This document shows, piece by piece, positions 63,399 to 64,000 of a stretch of 64,000 bases of DNA. Origin of the DNA: an uncultured Pseudomonadota bacterium (lineage in GTDB: Bacteria; Pseudomonadota; Alphaproteobacteria; Rs-D84); contig CADCGT010000002.1 of the NCBI GenBank assembly GCA_902801125.1, positions 225,157-289,156 on the forward strand, given 5' to 3'. Both the position numbers and the translations under genes were made by a program. Below the pieces are notes generated by a model. It searched no databases. It saw nothing but the letters and a program-made list of their open reading frames with translations, and was not told the origin of the DNA. Numbering within the stretch: position 1 is the first letter of the stretch; each line of letters begins with the position of its first letter.

Positions 63399-64000
63399 TT
63401 AAATAGAATACGGTATTTCTTCGGCGCGCACATATTCATCTTCACTGGTGTAAAGTGGCCACTGGGAATCCGCCAAGACTTTCAATGTTGTCAAAGGCTG
63501 GTTCAAGCGCGCACGATACAGCCACAAATTCGCCATCACGCGTTTGATATAACCACGCGTTTCATACGCCGGAAAACTCTCGATATAAAGCAACGGGTCA
63601 TCCGTCGTAAAAGATTTTTCAAACTTTACCACCGAACCCATACCGGCATTATACGCCGCCAACATTTTTATGATGTTATTGTTGATATTCTGGTGCATCA
63701 GCAAATCTATGATATACTGTTGCCCCAAGAACATATTGTGTTCCGGGTTCGACATATCGATATCCGACATTTTAACCTTGTTCGCGCGTGCGACCAATTT
63801 CGCGGTTCCCGGCATAATCTGCATAACACCGTTTGCACCCGCACCCGATTTTGCGGCCGTGCGAAAACCACTTTCCTGTTTAATAATCGCCAATAATAAC
63901 GCACGGTCTATGGACCACCCGCCCATCGGTTCCCAATCGGGTAATGGATATTGCGCAGAATAAATAACATCATCATCAATTTCCAAAATACCGCGGTCGC
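63399..64000 (-). CDS. Lytic transglycosylase (SLT domain), 5' end probably beyond the window
   Basis: LLAIIKQESGFRTAAKSGAGANGVMQIMPGTA...AAYNAG. The frame remains open to the window edge upstream of the listed ATG at 63986. Confidence 0.85.
   Translation of the reverse strand, partial: DRGILEIDDDVIYSAQYPLPDWEPMGGWSIDRALLLAIIKQESGFRTAAKSGAGANGVMQIMPGTAKLVARANKVKMSDIDMSNPEHNMFLGQQYIIDLLMHQNINNNIIKMLAAYNAGMGSVVKFEKSFTTDDPLLYIESFPAYETRGYIKRVMANLWLYRARLNQPLTTLKVLADSQWPLYTSEDEYVRAEEIPYSI

Noticed and set aside
61692-63402. Plus-strand ORFs 61692-62363, 62261-62803 and 62872-63402.
   Set aside because: They are antisense to pgk and rnhB, whose identities are unambiguous.

Overview
This 64-kb chromosomal window comes from a diderm bacterium. 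Gene order and protein sequences (groES-groEL, rpsF-rpsR-rplI with no priB, extended L9 and L28 tails) look alphaproteobacterium-like, but that is a low-confidence inference. About half the window is housekeeping: groESL, rpmB, clpB, recO, rplI/rpsR/rpsF, infA, ppiD-like, tpiA, grpE, clpP, clpX, pgk, rnhB, an SLT transglycosylase, and tRNA-Leu, tRNA-Arg and tRNA-Gln. The rest encodes envelope or accessory functions. These are an A+T-rich glycan-synthesis island (GT10 fucosyltransferase, TupA-like ATP-grasp, epimerase, GT2-DUF616 fusion, GT4, Stealth phosphotransferase), a Pmp-repeat autotransporter, an LRR surface protein, an ankyrin-containing giant envelope protein, a MotA/MotB-like pair, a DsbA-like oxidoreductase and a choloylglycine-hydrolase homologue. 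Four things stand out. (1) A 119-bp segment bounded by 12-bp inverted repeats (AAACCAAGGTTT / AAACCTTGGTTT) occurs three times, each time upstream of a member of a secreted TSKxYVD tail-fibre-like family. One copy is flipped relative to the other two, which is the signature of an invertible promoter (phase-variation switch). No recombinase gene lies in the window. (2) Six large secreted cysteine-rich proteins form a paralogous family built from repeated C-x6-C-x4-C modules, and I do not recognise the family. (3) Next to tRNA-Gln sits an array of single-gene cassettes separated by a repeated module that begins with a copy of the tRNA 3' end. (4) A GTTAGTG/GTTAGT repeat family carries stop codons in all three frames on both strands and directly supplies the TAG stop codon of four housekeeping genes. 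All calls rest on reading the sequence and ORF translations by eye. No database search, HMM or composition calculation was run.
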